Source of the DNA: an uncultured Coriobacteriaceae bacterium
GTDB taxonomy: Bacteria; Actinomycetota; Coriobacteriia; Anaerosomatales; CAZWGV01
Assembly (NCBI GenBank): GCA_964633595.1
Contig: CAZWGV010000001.1
Location: 33,083 to 97,082 of the forward strand
Direction of reading: 5' to 3'
DNA: 64,000 nt
Made by a program: the position numbers and the translations under genes. The notes under the pieces were generated by a model. That model worked only from the letters and a program-made list of their open reading frames with translations. It ran no database searches and was not told the DNA's origin. How positions within the stretch are numbered: position 1 is the first letter of the stretch; every line of letters starts with the position of its first letter. Below are positions 16,338 through 24,884 of the stretch, piece after piece.

Positions 16338-16670
16338 GTGGCGCGAACTGCTCCGAGGCACCGCTGCCCGGTGAGTCCGACGATGGTACTTCGCGAGAAC
16401 CAGCGAGTTCGGCGGTACGTCTGAAGGCCGTCATGAGGGGACCGACCGTCTGGGCGGCAGACCGCGCGCTCGAGAGTGCGAGCGGGGGGCCGGTGGGCGC
16501 GCTCGTGATGTACGGTGGCGTCCTGGTGCTCTCGGCTTCAGGAGCCGCCGTGGCGATCTCTCGATACCGCGCAGGTATCGCAGTGTGGCGGACGCCGCTT
16601 GCGCCGCGCTCGCATTCTTGCTTGCTTGGCTGGCGGGGGCTGCTGATACTCACGGCTGGTATCCTCCTGA

Positions 16671-16708
16671 GCGCGAGGTAGCGCGAGGTAGCGCGAGGTA
16701 GCGCGAAG
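16671..16708. repeat. 10-bp tandem repeat gcgcgaggta x3.8
   Basis: Read directly: gcgcgaggta gcgcgaggta gcgcgaggta gcgcgaag. It lies in the intergenic region 84 nt upstream of the ybaN-like start. Confidence 0.9.
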
Positions 16709-16791
16709 TCGGTGGTGGCCCCCCACTCGGGGCGCAAAGGCATCCAAGATGCACTTGCGGCGACCCAGGGGGCCTCGAGAGGACGTCCGCC

Positions 16792-17256
16792 GTGACAGCG
16801 ATAGTGCGCCCGATACTCCTGCTAGTGGGGTCGCTCTCGCTAGCTCTGGGTGTTCTCGGCATCTTCCTGCCGATCCTGCCGACGACGCCGTTTCTGCTCC
16901 TGGCCGCGGCCTGCTTCCTCCGTTCGTCAGGGCGGCTTCACAAGTGGCTCGTTGGGCACCCCACGCTGGGACCACACCTAGCCGGCTTCCTGTTCGGCGG
17001 CGGCGTGCCCCGTTCGGCGAAGCGCTCGGCGCTGCTCACCCTTTGGCCTGCGATCGCCCTCTCCTGTGCCATTGTCGTGTTGCGTGCACCCTCACCCGCA
17101 CTCCGGCTCTGGGTACCGGTCTCGCTCGTGGCCATCGCCGGCGCCGTGAGCGCCTACATCGTCACCCGACCGGAATGCGAGGACGTGACTCGTGGAAGTG
17201 CGCCGGCCGGCGGGGTGTGCGCGCTACGTGACGACGAGGATGAGGAGTCCACATGA
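16792..17256 (+). CDS. YbaN/DUF454 family inner-membrane protein
   Basis: GTG start. LGVLGIFLPILPTTPFLLLAAACFLRSSGRLHKWLVGHPTLG is the DUF454 signature. Confidence 0.75.
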   Translation: MTAIVRPILLLVGSLSLALGVLGIFLPILPTTPFLLLAAACFLRSSGRLHKWLVGHPTLGPHLAGFLFGGGVPRSAKRSALLTLWPAIALSCAIVVLRAPSPALRLWVPVSLVAIAGAVSAYIVTRPECEDVTRGSAPAGGVCALRDDEDEEST

Positions 17257-17810
17257 ACGAACGCGGCTCAGGGCGCGAGGAACCCTATCGTTCCGACGAG
17301 AGCGAACTGCATCGATCGCGTCGAGAGACGCGTGCGGCTTTCGAGAACAGAGCGCACATCTACCGGCACCTCCTGGACGTGCTCGACGCAGAGCTTGGTT
17401 CGGAGCGTGCGGAGGAACTCGTGTCGCGGGCGATCCGTTGCAGGGGGCTGGAGACGGGCGAGAAGTACGCTGAAGCGCTGGCGACGGGTGGCCTGGAAGC
17501 CGTGGGCAACCTCTTCTGCGAGGGCTCGCCTTGCGGTGGCGTACTCTTCCGCCCGAGCGTGGCCGAGCACGAAGGCGATGAGCGCATCGTGCTGAGGATG
17601 GAAGCCTGTCCGCTGGTGGACGCTTGGGAGATCGCCGGGCTCTCACCGGAGGAAGTGGATCGACTCTGCCGGGTGGCCGCAGCAGTCGATGAGGGGACGT
17701 TCGAGCGGGCTGGCTTGCAGCTCACGTTTCTGGAGCGCAGGGGTGTGCCGGGGCATGAGCGCTGCCTGTTGGAGCTGCGGATTCCCCAACGCCACTCGAG
17801 GGAGCGCTAG
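17253..17810 (+). CDS. ATC-hydrolase-like family protein (L-2-amino-thiazoline-4-carboxylate hydrolase family, tentative)
   Basis: ATGA-coupled to the ybaN-like gene. Carries the CPLVDAWEIAGLSPEEVDRLCRVAAAVDEG...CLLEL pattern. Confidence 0.45.
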   Translation: MNERGSGREEPYRSDESELHRSRRETRAAFENRAHIYRHLLDVLDAELGSERAEELVSRAIRCRGLETGEKYAEALATGGLEAVGNLFCEGSPCGGVLFRPSVAEHEGDERIVLRMEACPLVDAWEIAGLSPEEVDRLCRVAAAVDEGTFERAGLQLTFLERRGVPGHERCLLELRIPQRHSRER

Positions 17811-17966
17811 CGTACTAGGACAGGTGTGCCGATCGGCGCCCAGTTGTAGACTCCCCGCGCAGGAGGATCGGCCTCGTGGGCCTGTCTTCGGCCTGGTGCC
17901 GACGAAGGGAACTCCACCTGCTCACGGGAGTGTATCGCACGCGGGGCGTGGGCGGCACCGCTCTGC

Positions 17967-18755
17967 CTACACGGCGATCACCACGCTCGCCGCAGGGTCG
18001 AGCGGATTGGTCCGCGCGGCGAGGGAGTACAGGTAAGGGTACTTGTCTCTGAGATGCCTGGCGTGCTCCAGCCACTCCACGCCCAGGAGGGCGTAGGCGC
18101 GCTCCACGTCGCCGGCCAGGTGTTTCAGATCGCTCTCGGGCAGGTCAGCGAAGGTCTCGCGATGCTCGAGTTCCTCGGTCAGGTGGAAGACCGCCCACAG
18201 AAGGTCGGTGAACGTCTCGTGTTCGAGCAGGTTGGGATTCTCCAGGAGGCGTAGCAGGAAGGAGCGCTTCTCCACGAGCAAGGCCCGAAGCCCCTCGGCC
18301 TCATCGGCGTCCAGTGCGATGTCGTGGCTGGCGCTCGCGAAGCGGCGCTTGGCGCCATCGAAGTCCCGGTCGGTCCAGTCGGGCGAGATCCTGTACCCCG
18401 CGGCGTTTGTCTCGGCCGAACCGGCCAGCGCAGTGAGCCGCGCCAGGAGATCCGATCCCACCTCGGAGAAGAAGGCGCCGATCACCATGTTGAGCTTCTG
18501 GAGCATTGCCCGCTTGGAGCGGCTCTCCAGGAGTTCGTGGATGATGAGTGTGACGATCAGGACTTCGAGGGGCAGAAAGGCGGCGTCGCCGAGACCATAG
18601 ATGGCAATGTGGTGCCAGTCGCGGAAGATTAGGTAGTGGGCGACGTACAAGGCGAAGAAGGCGGCGAGCAACACTCCGCCAACTATCGTCCGCCATCGTG
18701 GCATCCTCATGTTGAGACCTCCCGTTCCTTGCTGTCGGTCAGTGACTGTTGCCAT
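17967..18755 (-). CDS. hypothetical membrane protein (2 N-terminal TM helices plus helical soluble domain)
   Basis: 262-aa ORF with good coding appearance and no family I recognise. The start may be the internal MRMPRW (18710). Confidence 0.45.
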   Translation of the reverse strand: MATVTDRQQGTGGLNMRMPRWRTIVGGVLLAAFFALYVAHYLIFRDWHHIAIYGLGDAAFLPLEVLIVTLIIHELLESRSKRAMLQKLNMVIGAFFSEVGSDLLARLTALAGSAETNAAGYRISPDWTDRDFDGAKRRFASASHDIALDADEAEGLRALLVEKRSFLLRLLENPNLLEHETFTDLLWAVFHLTEELEHRETFADLPESDLKHLAGDVERAYALLGVEWLEHARHLRDKYPYLYSLAARTNPLDPAASVVIAV

Positions 18756-18903
18756 CTCATCGAGTACTTGAATACTGCGGGCTCATGGGGTCGTGTCCGC
18801 TGCTCTTTGATACCCCTTGGCGTCACTCAGCGGGACCTCTGAGCCGCTGTCATCGAGCGTGTGTCCGAGCGCTATGAGCTCGCCGGGCCGCGGACGAAGA
18901 GTT

Positions 18904-19560
18904 CTAGGGCGGCCAGAAGCTGTCGCGCAAGGTCCCGAGGCGCTCGGGCGAGACGGCGAGGGCGCTCTCGTCGAACCATGGATCGGTCAGGTGGAGGACG
19001 CGGTTCATCTCGATCTGGATCCAGGGCAGGTCGCCGGCCCCGTGACCGCGAGTGATCCACCCTCCCCTGAACGGCCGGTTGTGCGCTACGTGGTCTCTTG
19101 GCACACCGAACGCCTCGGCCATGGCATCGCCGAGCACATCGAGCATCGGAGCGGGACATGTTCGTCCGTGACCGTTTGAGATGAGAAGAGAGGTAGGCTT
19201 GACGCTTCGCGATCGGGAGCGTTATCGGGTGGAACCTCTGCCATCGAGTGACAGTCGAGTCCCACCAGGAGCCCCGGTCGGGTGGCTGCGCGTGCCAGCC
19301 GGGTCGGCCAGGGGGAGCGTGGGGTCGATGTCCGCGCAGACCGTAGCGGCGAGATCGTGAGCAAATCTCCTGGAGAGGAGCTTCTTCTCTCGGACCTGAG
19401 GATAGGTGTTGGGGTCGAAGGGACGGTCCAGCCGCTGCAGGAATGCCTTCCCGAACGTCTCGGCCATGAAGTGGGCCCGCTCGGATGCTGAGTCCGCGAG
19501 GAAACTCGACGGCAGGCGCTCGAGCTGGGGACCGTAGTCGCACGATAGCCTGTGCGCCGC
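18904..19560 (-). pseudogene. N-formylglutamate amidohydrolase (FGase)-like gene broken by at least 2 frameshifts
   Basis: Family-like segments lie in three different minus-strand frames: ..REKKLLSRRFAHDLAATV.. (frame of ORF 19222..19467); ..GLLVGLDCHSM.. (frame of ORF 19086..19871, the HSM motif); KPTSLLISNGHGRTCPAPMLDVLGDAMAEAFG...NRPFRGGWITRGHGAGDLPWIQIEMNRVLHL (frame of ORF 18904..19146, the C-terminal FGase signature). Confidence 0.45.
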
Positions 19561-19571
19561 TCACCGCGCCC

Positions 19572-19871
19572 GAAGCGCTCGATGTGCGCCAGCGACGGCG
19601 CCCCGCTCGAGCCATCCAGAGCGACAGTGCGCCCGTCGGGGTGCAGGACGCCCAGCGTCTGCCCGCCGAGTCCGCTGGCCTGAGGCTCACACATGCACAG
19701 CGCCAGACCGGTTGCACAGGCGGCGTCGGCGGCGTTTCCTCCCTGGGCTAGCATCTCCGCGCCGGCGGCGGTGGCCGCTGGGAAGGCGGACGCCACCATG
19801 CCGCGCGCCGAGATCGCCGCCTTGCCGTCATCGCTCGGCTCGAATGCGCTCTCGATGCGTCTGACGAACAC
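19572..19871 (-). pseudogene. gamma-glutamyltranspeptidase N-terminal remnant (about 100 aa)
   Basis: GMVASAFPAATAAGAEMLAQGGNAADAACATGLALCMCEPQASGLGGQTLGVL is a clear GGT N-terminal signature. The similarity then ends and the frame runs into the FGase-like debris. No catalytic Thr region or small subunit is present. Confidence 0.5.
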
Positions 19872-19880
19872 GCCGCAGCC

Positions 19881-22049
19881 TCAGGCGCTCGTTCGACGGC
19901 ACTGATCGATCGTGAGGGCGAGCAACGAGGCGCGATCGGTCAGCGATCCGCGCAGGATGTGCTCGTCGGGCGTGCGCTCAGAGGTGCCCGCCGGGCCAAA
20001 GCCGTCCAGCGTCGGGGTATCGGGGGGCACGAAGCAGATGCTCGAGGAGTGCCAGCGATGCGCAGTGGGCACGTTGAGATTGAGTTCGCCAGCGAGAGAG
20101 GCCACGGAGTCGGCGAATGCAAGGGTGAACTCCGACGCCTGTCGCGGAGGTCTCCGCTGGCCTCCGCGAACCTCGAAACGCGCGGGGCCGCGATTTCGCT
20201 TGAAGATGCGGCGTACACGCTCGTCCAGCTCAGCAGCCAGCTGCGGCTCGTTGAATCGCAGGGTGAAGGCGATCTGCGCCTCATCGGGCAGGCGTGAGAA
20301 CGCACCAGCGAGTCGGAGATCGGTGATGGCTACCCGCACCCCGGCGTCGGCGTCCATGAGGCCCAGCACTGAGTCGACTCGACGCGACGCCGCTCGTACT
20401 ACCTCGGCGGCCTCCTCGGGGGAGGCCTCGGCTCGCTCGCTCGCCGTGAGATCGGCGTGGTAGGTGCTCCTGCCAGATCTGGACACCACGACACCACCGT
20501 CCAGCTCTCCGGCCTTCAGACCGATGACATAGCGTGCTCGCGCGGCCGAGGTCTCCACCAGTGAGCGGCTCCTCGCTCCGCCGAGGGTCTCGTCGGCGAT
20601 CAGCAGGATCCCCACGCGCGCCCGGCGCAGCGCGCGCCCGTAGCGCAGTGCCCGGAGTGCCGAGAGCATGACCGCGAGTCCGCCCTTGTGCTCGGCGACG
20701 CCGCTCCCGAAGATGCGTACGCCCTCGGCGGCGAATCTCCTGAACCGCGAACCCGCAGCGGTATCGAGATGTCCGAAGAGCAGCACGTCGAAAGCGTCAC
20801 CGTCACCGTTGGCGAACAGGAGGGAGTCACCCGTTTCGTGGTGGGCGTGGACCTCCCGCTCGAATCCGAGGGTTCGCAGCTGGCCTGATATCCAATCGCC
20901 GAACGCGTTGACTTGCTCCGGGTCGGCTGCTCTGGAGCGCATGTCCACCATGCGCCTGAGAACCTCGACGCAGGTTGTCTGATTGCTGCGAACATGGCTG
21001 CGCACCTGCGTAGACAGTTTGGGTGGAGCGGCTCGGCCAGCCGTATCCCGCTGCCGCTCATCCAGGTAGCTCGTGCCGAAGTAGCGGACTGCGGCGACGT
21101 CCAGGATGCGGGCGACCAGATCCGCGTAGGAGTAGCCAGCCGCCTTCGCTGCGTGCACGTAGCTGCCGGTGGTCCCCAGGCTCGCCATCGAGTTGATCTC
21201 GAGCACGTGCATGCGCCCTTCGGCGTCCATGCGGACATCGATGCGAGCGAAGTCGTACAGGCCGAGGCTGCCGAACGAGCGCTGTGCCAGGGCCCTGAGC
21301 TCCTCGGCTCGGGCCTCCTCGAGCGGTGCTGGGCAGATCTTTGCCTTGGGTGCCGAGAGCTTGTTGTCCGCCGTCTGGATGGCGTTGGGATCACCTTCGA
21401 GGTCGAACTCCACGATGGGGAGGACCTCCGGGGGCGAGTTGCCGAGCAGCCCCACCGCGAACTCCCTGCCGGGGATGAACTGCTCCACCAGCACGTGCTG
21501 CTGGAACTCGGCCATGATCTCGGCGACAGCCGTATGCAGCTCGTCCCAGTCGTGCACTACCCTGATGCCGTAGGAGACGGCTTCCATCTTGGGCTTCACG
21601 ATGACCGGGAACTCCAGGTCGTCGAAGCGGGCATCGGGTGTGGAGAAGTTCCAGAAGCGCGGCGTTGGGATGCCCTCGGCGTCGAAGACCATCTTGGCTA
21701 TGACCTTGTCGAGAGCCAGGCCGTGAGCCTGGGGGCCGGAGCCCACGTAGGGGACTCCGAGCATCTCGAGCATCGCCGGAAGGTGTGTGTAGCGTGAGAC
21801 GCCCTGGATGCCGTAGGCCATGTTGAAGACCATCCCGGGGCGCTCTCCTGCCATGACGCGAGGCATGAACTCTCGGAGCTGGTCGATCACGTGCATGTTG
21901 CCGTCGATGACGCGGACCGTGTGCCCAGCGGTCTCCAGCGCCGAGGCGACGCGCTCTACGGTCTTAGGGTTGTAGCGCTCGCGATTCTGGATGCCGAACA
22001 CGTTGATGACGCCGCTGGTGTCCTGGTTGTGCACGACCGCAACGCGCAT
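19881..22049 (-). CDS. fusion protein: D-Ala-D-Ala-ligase-like ATP-grasp domain (N) plus M20/M25/M40 metallopeptidase-like domain (C)
   Basis: 722-aa intact ORF. The N-terminal roughly 330 aa are Ddl-like (MRVAVVHN..., FPVIVKPKMEAVSYGIRVV, VLVEQFIPGREFAVGLLG, ARIDVRMDAEGRMHVLEINSMASL). The C-terminal roughly 370 aa are M20-like (LLFGHLDTAAG, GSGVAEHKGGLAVMLSALRAL, ILLIADETLGG). Confidence 0.8.
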   Translation of the reverse strand: MRVAVVHNQDTSGVINVFGIQNRERYNPKTVERVASALETAGHTVRVIDGNMHVIDQLREFMPRVMAGERPGMVFNMAYGIQGVSRYTHLPAMLEMLGVPYVGSGPQAHGLALDKVIAKMVFDAEGIPTPRFWNFSTPDARFDDLEFPVIVKPKMEAVSYGIRVVHDWDELHTAVAEIMAEFQQHVLVEQFIPGREFAVGLLGNSPPEVLPIVEFDLEGDPNAIQTADNKLSAPKAKICPAPLEEARAEELRALAQRSFGSLGLYDFARIDVRMDAEGRMHVLEINSMASLGTTGSYVHAAKAAGYSYADLVARILDVAAVRYFGTSYLDERQRDTAGRAAPPKLSTQVRSHVRSNQTTCVEVLRRMVDMRSRAADPEQVNAFGDWISGQLRTLGFEREVHAHHETGDSLLFANGDGDAFDVLLFGHLDTAAGSRFRRFAAEGVRIFGSGVAEHKGGLAVMLSALRALRYGRALRRARVGILLIADETLGGARSRSLVETSAARARYVIGLKAGELDGGVVVSRSGRSTYHADLTASERAEASPEEAAEVVRAASRRVDSVLGLMDADAGVRVAITDLRLAGAFSRLPDEAQIAFTLRFNEPQLAAELDERVRRIFKRNRGPARFEVRGGQRRPPRQASEFTLAFADSVASLAGELNLNVPTAHRWHSSSICFVPPDTPTLDGFGPAGTSERTPDEHILRGSLTDRASLLALTIDQCRRTSA

Positions 22050-22147
22050 TCACATACCTCCCTTGGGTTGCGGTCCATTCTATCCGAGGGTACCCAGGTC
22101 GCTGTTGGGCCGAGACAACGTACACGACGACTGGCTACCATGAGCAC

Positions 22148-22537
22148 ATGCCGCCGGAACTCATCCTGCCCGCTACCCTTGTGAGCCTCGCGCTCGTCTT
22201 CTACACGCTCGGGGTCTGGGCCGAGAGGGTCCAGCGCTACCTGCACCCATGGCATCTGGTGGCTTTCTGGCTCGGCCTGGGCTTCGATGCGGCTGGGACC
22301 TACGCGATGGAGCTGCTGCTGGAGGGCGTCCGGTGGGACATGCACACACTGACCGGGCTGGCCGCTTTCGTCCTGATGCTGCTGCACGCTGTCTGGGCGT
22401 CTTGGGTATTGCTCCGCGGCAGTGAAGCGGCGCGCCACGGCTTCCACAGGTTCAGCCTGCTCGTGTGGCTGGTGTGGCTCGTTCCATACCTCGGCGGGAT
22501 GTACGCGGGCATCACATCCGGGGCGGGAGCGCTGTAG
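22148..22537 (+). CDS. small 4-TM membrane protein, HsmA/TIGR03987-like (tentative)
   Basis: 129 aa with FYTLGVWAERV...WHLVAFWLGLGFDAAGTYAM...HTLTGLAAFVLMLLHAVWA pattern. Confidence 0.5.
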   Translation: MPPELILPATLVSLALVFYTLGVWAERVQRYLHPWHLVAFWLGLGFDAAGTYAMELLLEGVRWDMHTLTGLAAFVLMLLHAVWASWVLLRGSEAARHGFHRFSLLVWLVWLVPYLGGMYAGITSGAGAL

Positions 22538-22545
22538 GGGGAGCG

Positions 22546-22599
22546 CAGGGCGCGGTGAGCGCGCGGTCAGGGCGCGGTGAGCGCGCGGTCAGGGCGCGG
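22546..22599. repeat. 22-bp tandem repeat cagggcgcggtgagcgcgcggt x2.45
   Basis: Read directly. It lies between convergent genes and covers the stop codon (22589-22591) of the minus-strand membrane protein gene. Confidence 0.85.
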
Positions 22600-24340
22600 C
22601 GGCCGACACATCCCAGATACGGAAGAGATCGCCCTCACTCACGAGCGCCGCACCCTCGAGCAGCCACTCGTCGGCCGCGCCGTGCGGTGCGCCCGACGGG
22701 GGCGCGAAGAGGTCGGAGCGGATGGCGCTGTCGGGTTGGGAGTCGCGAGGCGGAGGGGGGCCAGGCGACGGCATGCCGCGCCGTGTTTGTCCTCCAGCCT
22801 CGAGGATCGTCGCGCCCGAACCACCTTCCGGCGCTCTTCGCTGCACGAGGAGTGCTGTCTGGGATCCGCCGAGAGCTGCGGGGTCCAGACCCTCGGCCTC
22901 GGTGGCTCGCACATCCAGCGCCCACCCGCACCACCACTCGAGTCCGTGTCTGGCGATCACCAGGGTCTTGTCCGGATCGCTCACCAATGGCCTCGCGTCC
23001 TGAAGCTCGGCGAGTTCAGCCTGGGTTACTTGAGCTGGCTGTACCGCCGCCACAGCTCCTGGGAGTCCGAGCAGGACCAGGGCGAGCAGAGCGGCGGACG
23101 CCCAAGTGGCTGCGCGGGTGCTCGCTACGTTAAGCAGTGCGTACGCGATGACGATGGATGCCGGCAAGTAGGCCATCAGCAGGAGTCGCCACGCCCACTC
23201 AGCGCCGATGAACGGGGAGGCCAGGACCAGCGTACATGCGGAGGCACCAGCCACCACGGCGCGCGAGGCTGCAGGGGTGGTCTTCCAGCGCGCGGCGACG
23301 AGGACGAGGCCGACAAGCGCGAGCGCACTCAGCGCGACGTGGTCCTGGATCTGACTCGGCAGGAGCGCGTCTCGGAAGGCTGGGGCCTGCCCGAACAGCG
23401 TTGCCGGTGTCGGGCCCTCAAAGAGCTGGAGCGGCCGAGCGGCCAGGCCGGCGAGCCACCGAAGACGCGAAGCCCCCGGAAGCCCGAGCGCGAACCAGCC
23501 CACCCCGCCTAGCATGACGCCGGTTGTGGACGCTAGCGCGAGAAGCAGAGCCCTGCGTGACGGCCACCCTTCCCCCGCGAGACCCGCCAGCAAGCCGACA
23601 GCGATCATGATGAGCGTTGCGGCGAGAGCGCCCACGTGAGTCATGGCCGAGGCCGCCACGAACCCCGCCAGCAGCGCCCAGCGCCAGCCCGAATCCCGGT
23701 CGTCGAGCGCGGCGTGCAGGGCCCACGCTGCGCACGCGAGCAAGACCATGCCAAGCGAGTTCTTCTGCAGATCCCCGATCATGCGCAGCGGCGAGGCCGA
23801 GAGAGCCACCAGGGACGCCACGGCGAGTCCCGGGAGCGCGAGGGGCCTCTCGGCACCCCACCGCAGCATCAGAGCGAACAAGGGCAGGATGACGGCGGCA
23901 GGCAACATGGTGTCCGCGATCTTGGTGGCTGTGAGCGCTGCCGCTTCTGCACCGATACCCCTCACGGTGAGTACGCGGGCGAGTGCGGCTTGCAGGAGGA
24001 AAGTCAGAGGGAGATCGGATTCGGCGAGTCGGCCGCCTGTCAGAAGAGCGCGGACCTGATAGGGATAGTAGGCGCCGTCAACACCGGGGATGAGCGCGGA
24101 GTTTGCGTGAACCCAAGCCCGGACAGCTATCGTCACTGCCAGGGCGACAGCGGCCGGCCACCAGCGCTTGAGGCGAGACCAGCGAGCTTCGGTGGAGTTG
24201 GTCGTATCGGGTTCATGTCCGGGTGCGGTCCACATGTCAGGCCTCGTTGCTTCTTTGTCCCAACCCTCCGACGACAGTACGATGCTACGTGGCGCGGCAC
24301 CAGCCGTCGGAACCCGGCCCGGGCCTCGGCTGGGCGCCAT
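22589..24340 (-). CDS. polytopic membrane protein, GT-C-fold (ArnT/PMT-like) glycosyltransferase candidate
   Basis: 583-aa ORF with more than 10 predicted TM helices, an early loop IPGVDGAYYPYQVRALL, and a soluble C-terminal domain of about 140 aa. Start uncertain (the internal MWTAPG is possible). Confidence 0.5.
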   Translation of the reverse strand: MAPSRGPGRVPTAGAAPRSIVLSSEGWDKEATRPDMWTAPGHEPDTTNSTEARWSRLKRWWPAAVALAVTIAVRAWVHANSALIPGVDGAYYPYQVRALLTGGRLAESDLPLTFLLQAALARVLTVRGIGAEAAALTATKIADTMLPAAVILPLFALMLRWGAERPLALPGLAVASLVALSASPLRMIGDLQKNSLGMVLLACAAWALHAALDDRDSGWRWALLAGFVAASAMTHVGALAATLIMIAVGLLAGLAGEGWPSRRALLLALASTTGVMLGGVGWFALGLPGASRLRWLAGLAARPLQLFEGPTPATLFGQAPAFRDALLPSQIQDHVALSALALVGLVLVAARWKTTPAASRAVVAGASACTLVLASPFIGAEWAWRLLLMAYLPASIVIAYALLNVASTRAATWASAALLALVLLGLPGAVAAVQPAQVTQAELAELQDARPLVSDPDKTLVIARHGLEWWCGWALDVRATEAEGLDPAALGGSQTALLVQRRAPEGGSGATILEAGGQTRRGMPSPGPPPPRDSQPDSAIRSDLFAPPSGAPHGAADEWLLEGAALVSEGDLFRIWDVSAAAP

Positions 24341-24381
24341 TGCGTGTGAGGCCGAGGGGATCTGGCAGCGAGGGAGCGCAC

Positions 24382-24819
24382 TTGAACCTCTACGTTCACT
24401 CTCAGCTCACTAGGGAGTGGGCGATCGACGAGGGCTTCGGACCTGAAGATGCCGCCGAGATCGCCCGCTGGAACACGCAGGTAGACGTTGCCTGGCCCGG
24501 TCGGCGCCTGAAGTACCGCCGCTTTCACCTGCGACCGTGCGGCGCGACACGCATAGGGGAGGCGTACTGGCGCGCCGCGGTCCGGGAGCGGAGTCTGCCA
24601 CATCTGGGTGTGGCCCTCCACATGATCCAGGACGCGATCGGACACGGACTCATAGGGGCGATCGTCCACGTGCCCGTGATCGACGCCTGGGAGCGGCGCT
24701 CAGCGCGCGTGCGGGAGCGCATCGAGGCCGAGAGCAGGCGCATTATGCGCGCTTATCGCTCGGGAGTAGCGCCCGAGGTGAGCGGCAGCGATCCGCCCAC
24801 GCCGCTTCCTCCAGCCTGA
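24382..24819 (+). CDS. hypothetical protein
   Basis: TTG 24382 follows AGGGAG. The upstream part of ORF 24223..24819 overlaps the divergent membrane gene. The His-rich motif LHMIQDAIGHG hints at a metal site. No family assigned. Confidence 0.35.
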   Translation: MNLYVHSQLTREWAIDEGFGPEDAAEIARWNTQVDVAWPGRRLKYRRFHLRPCGATRIGEAYWRAAVRERSLPHLGVALHMIQDAIGHGLIGAIVHVPVIDAWERRSARVRERIEAESRRIMRAYRSGVAPEVSGSDPPTPLPPA

Positions 24820-24884
24820 GCGTACTCCGTCGCCCCGGTCCGGTCTCACGACTCCGACTCCTGGGAAGATCGATCCGCCCCCGG

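Noticed and set aside
16148-16681. The 177-aa ORF spanning the end of the DUF3786 gene and the intergenic region.
   Set aside because: Its 5' two-thirds overlap the DUF3786 gene out of frame. Only the last roughly 82 codons (from 16433) might be a real small membrane ORF, and that is unproven.
18872-19717. The 281-aa minus-strand ORF as a real gene.
   Set aside because: It has Arg/Pro-rich shadow composition. The region is better explained as frameshifted FGase-like and GGT remnants in the other frames.
22546-22599. Tandem repeats at 14333, 16671 and 22546 considered as possible CRISPR or mobile-element termini.
   Set aside because: They are direct adjoining repeats without spacers. No cas, transposase or integrase genes and no flanking inverted repeats are present. 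I report them as simple tandem repeats only.
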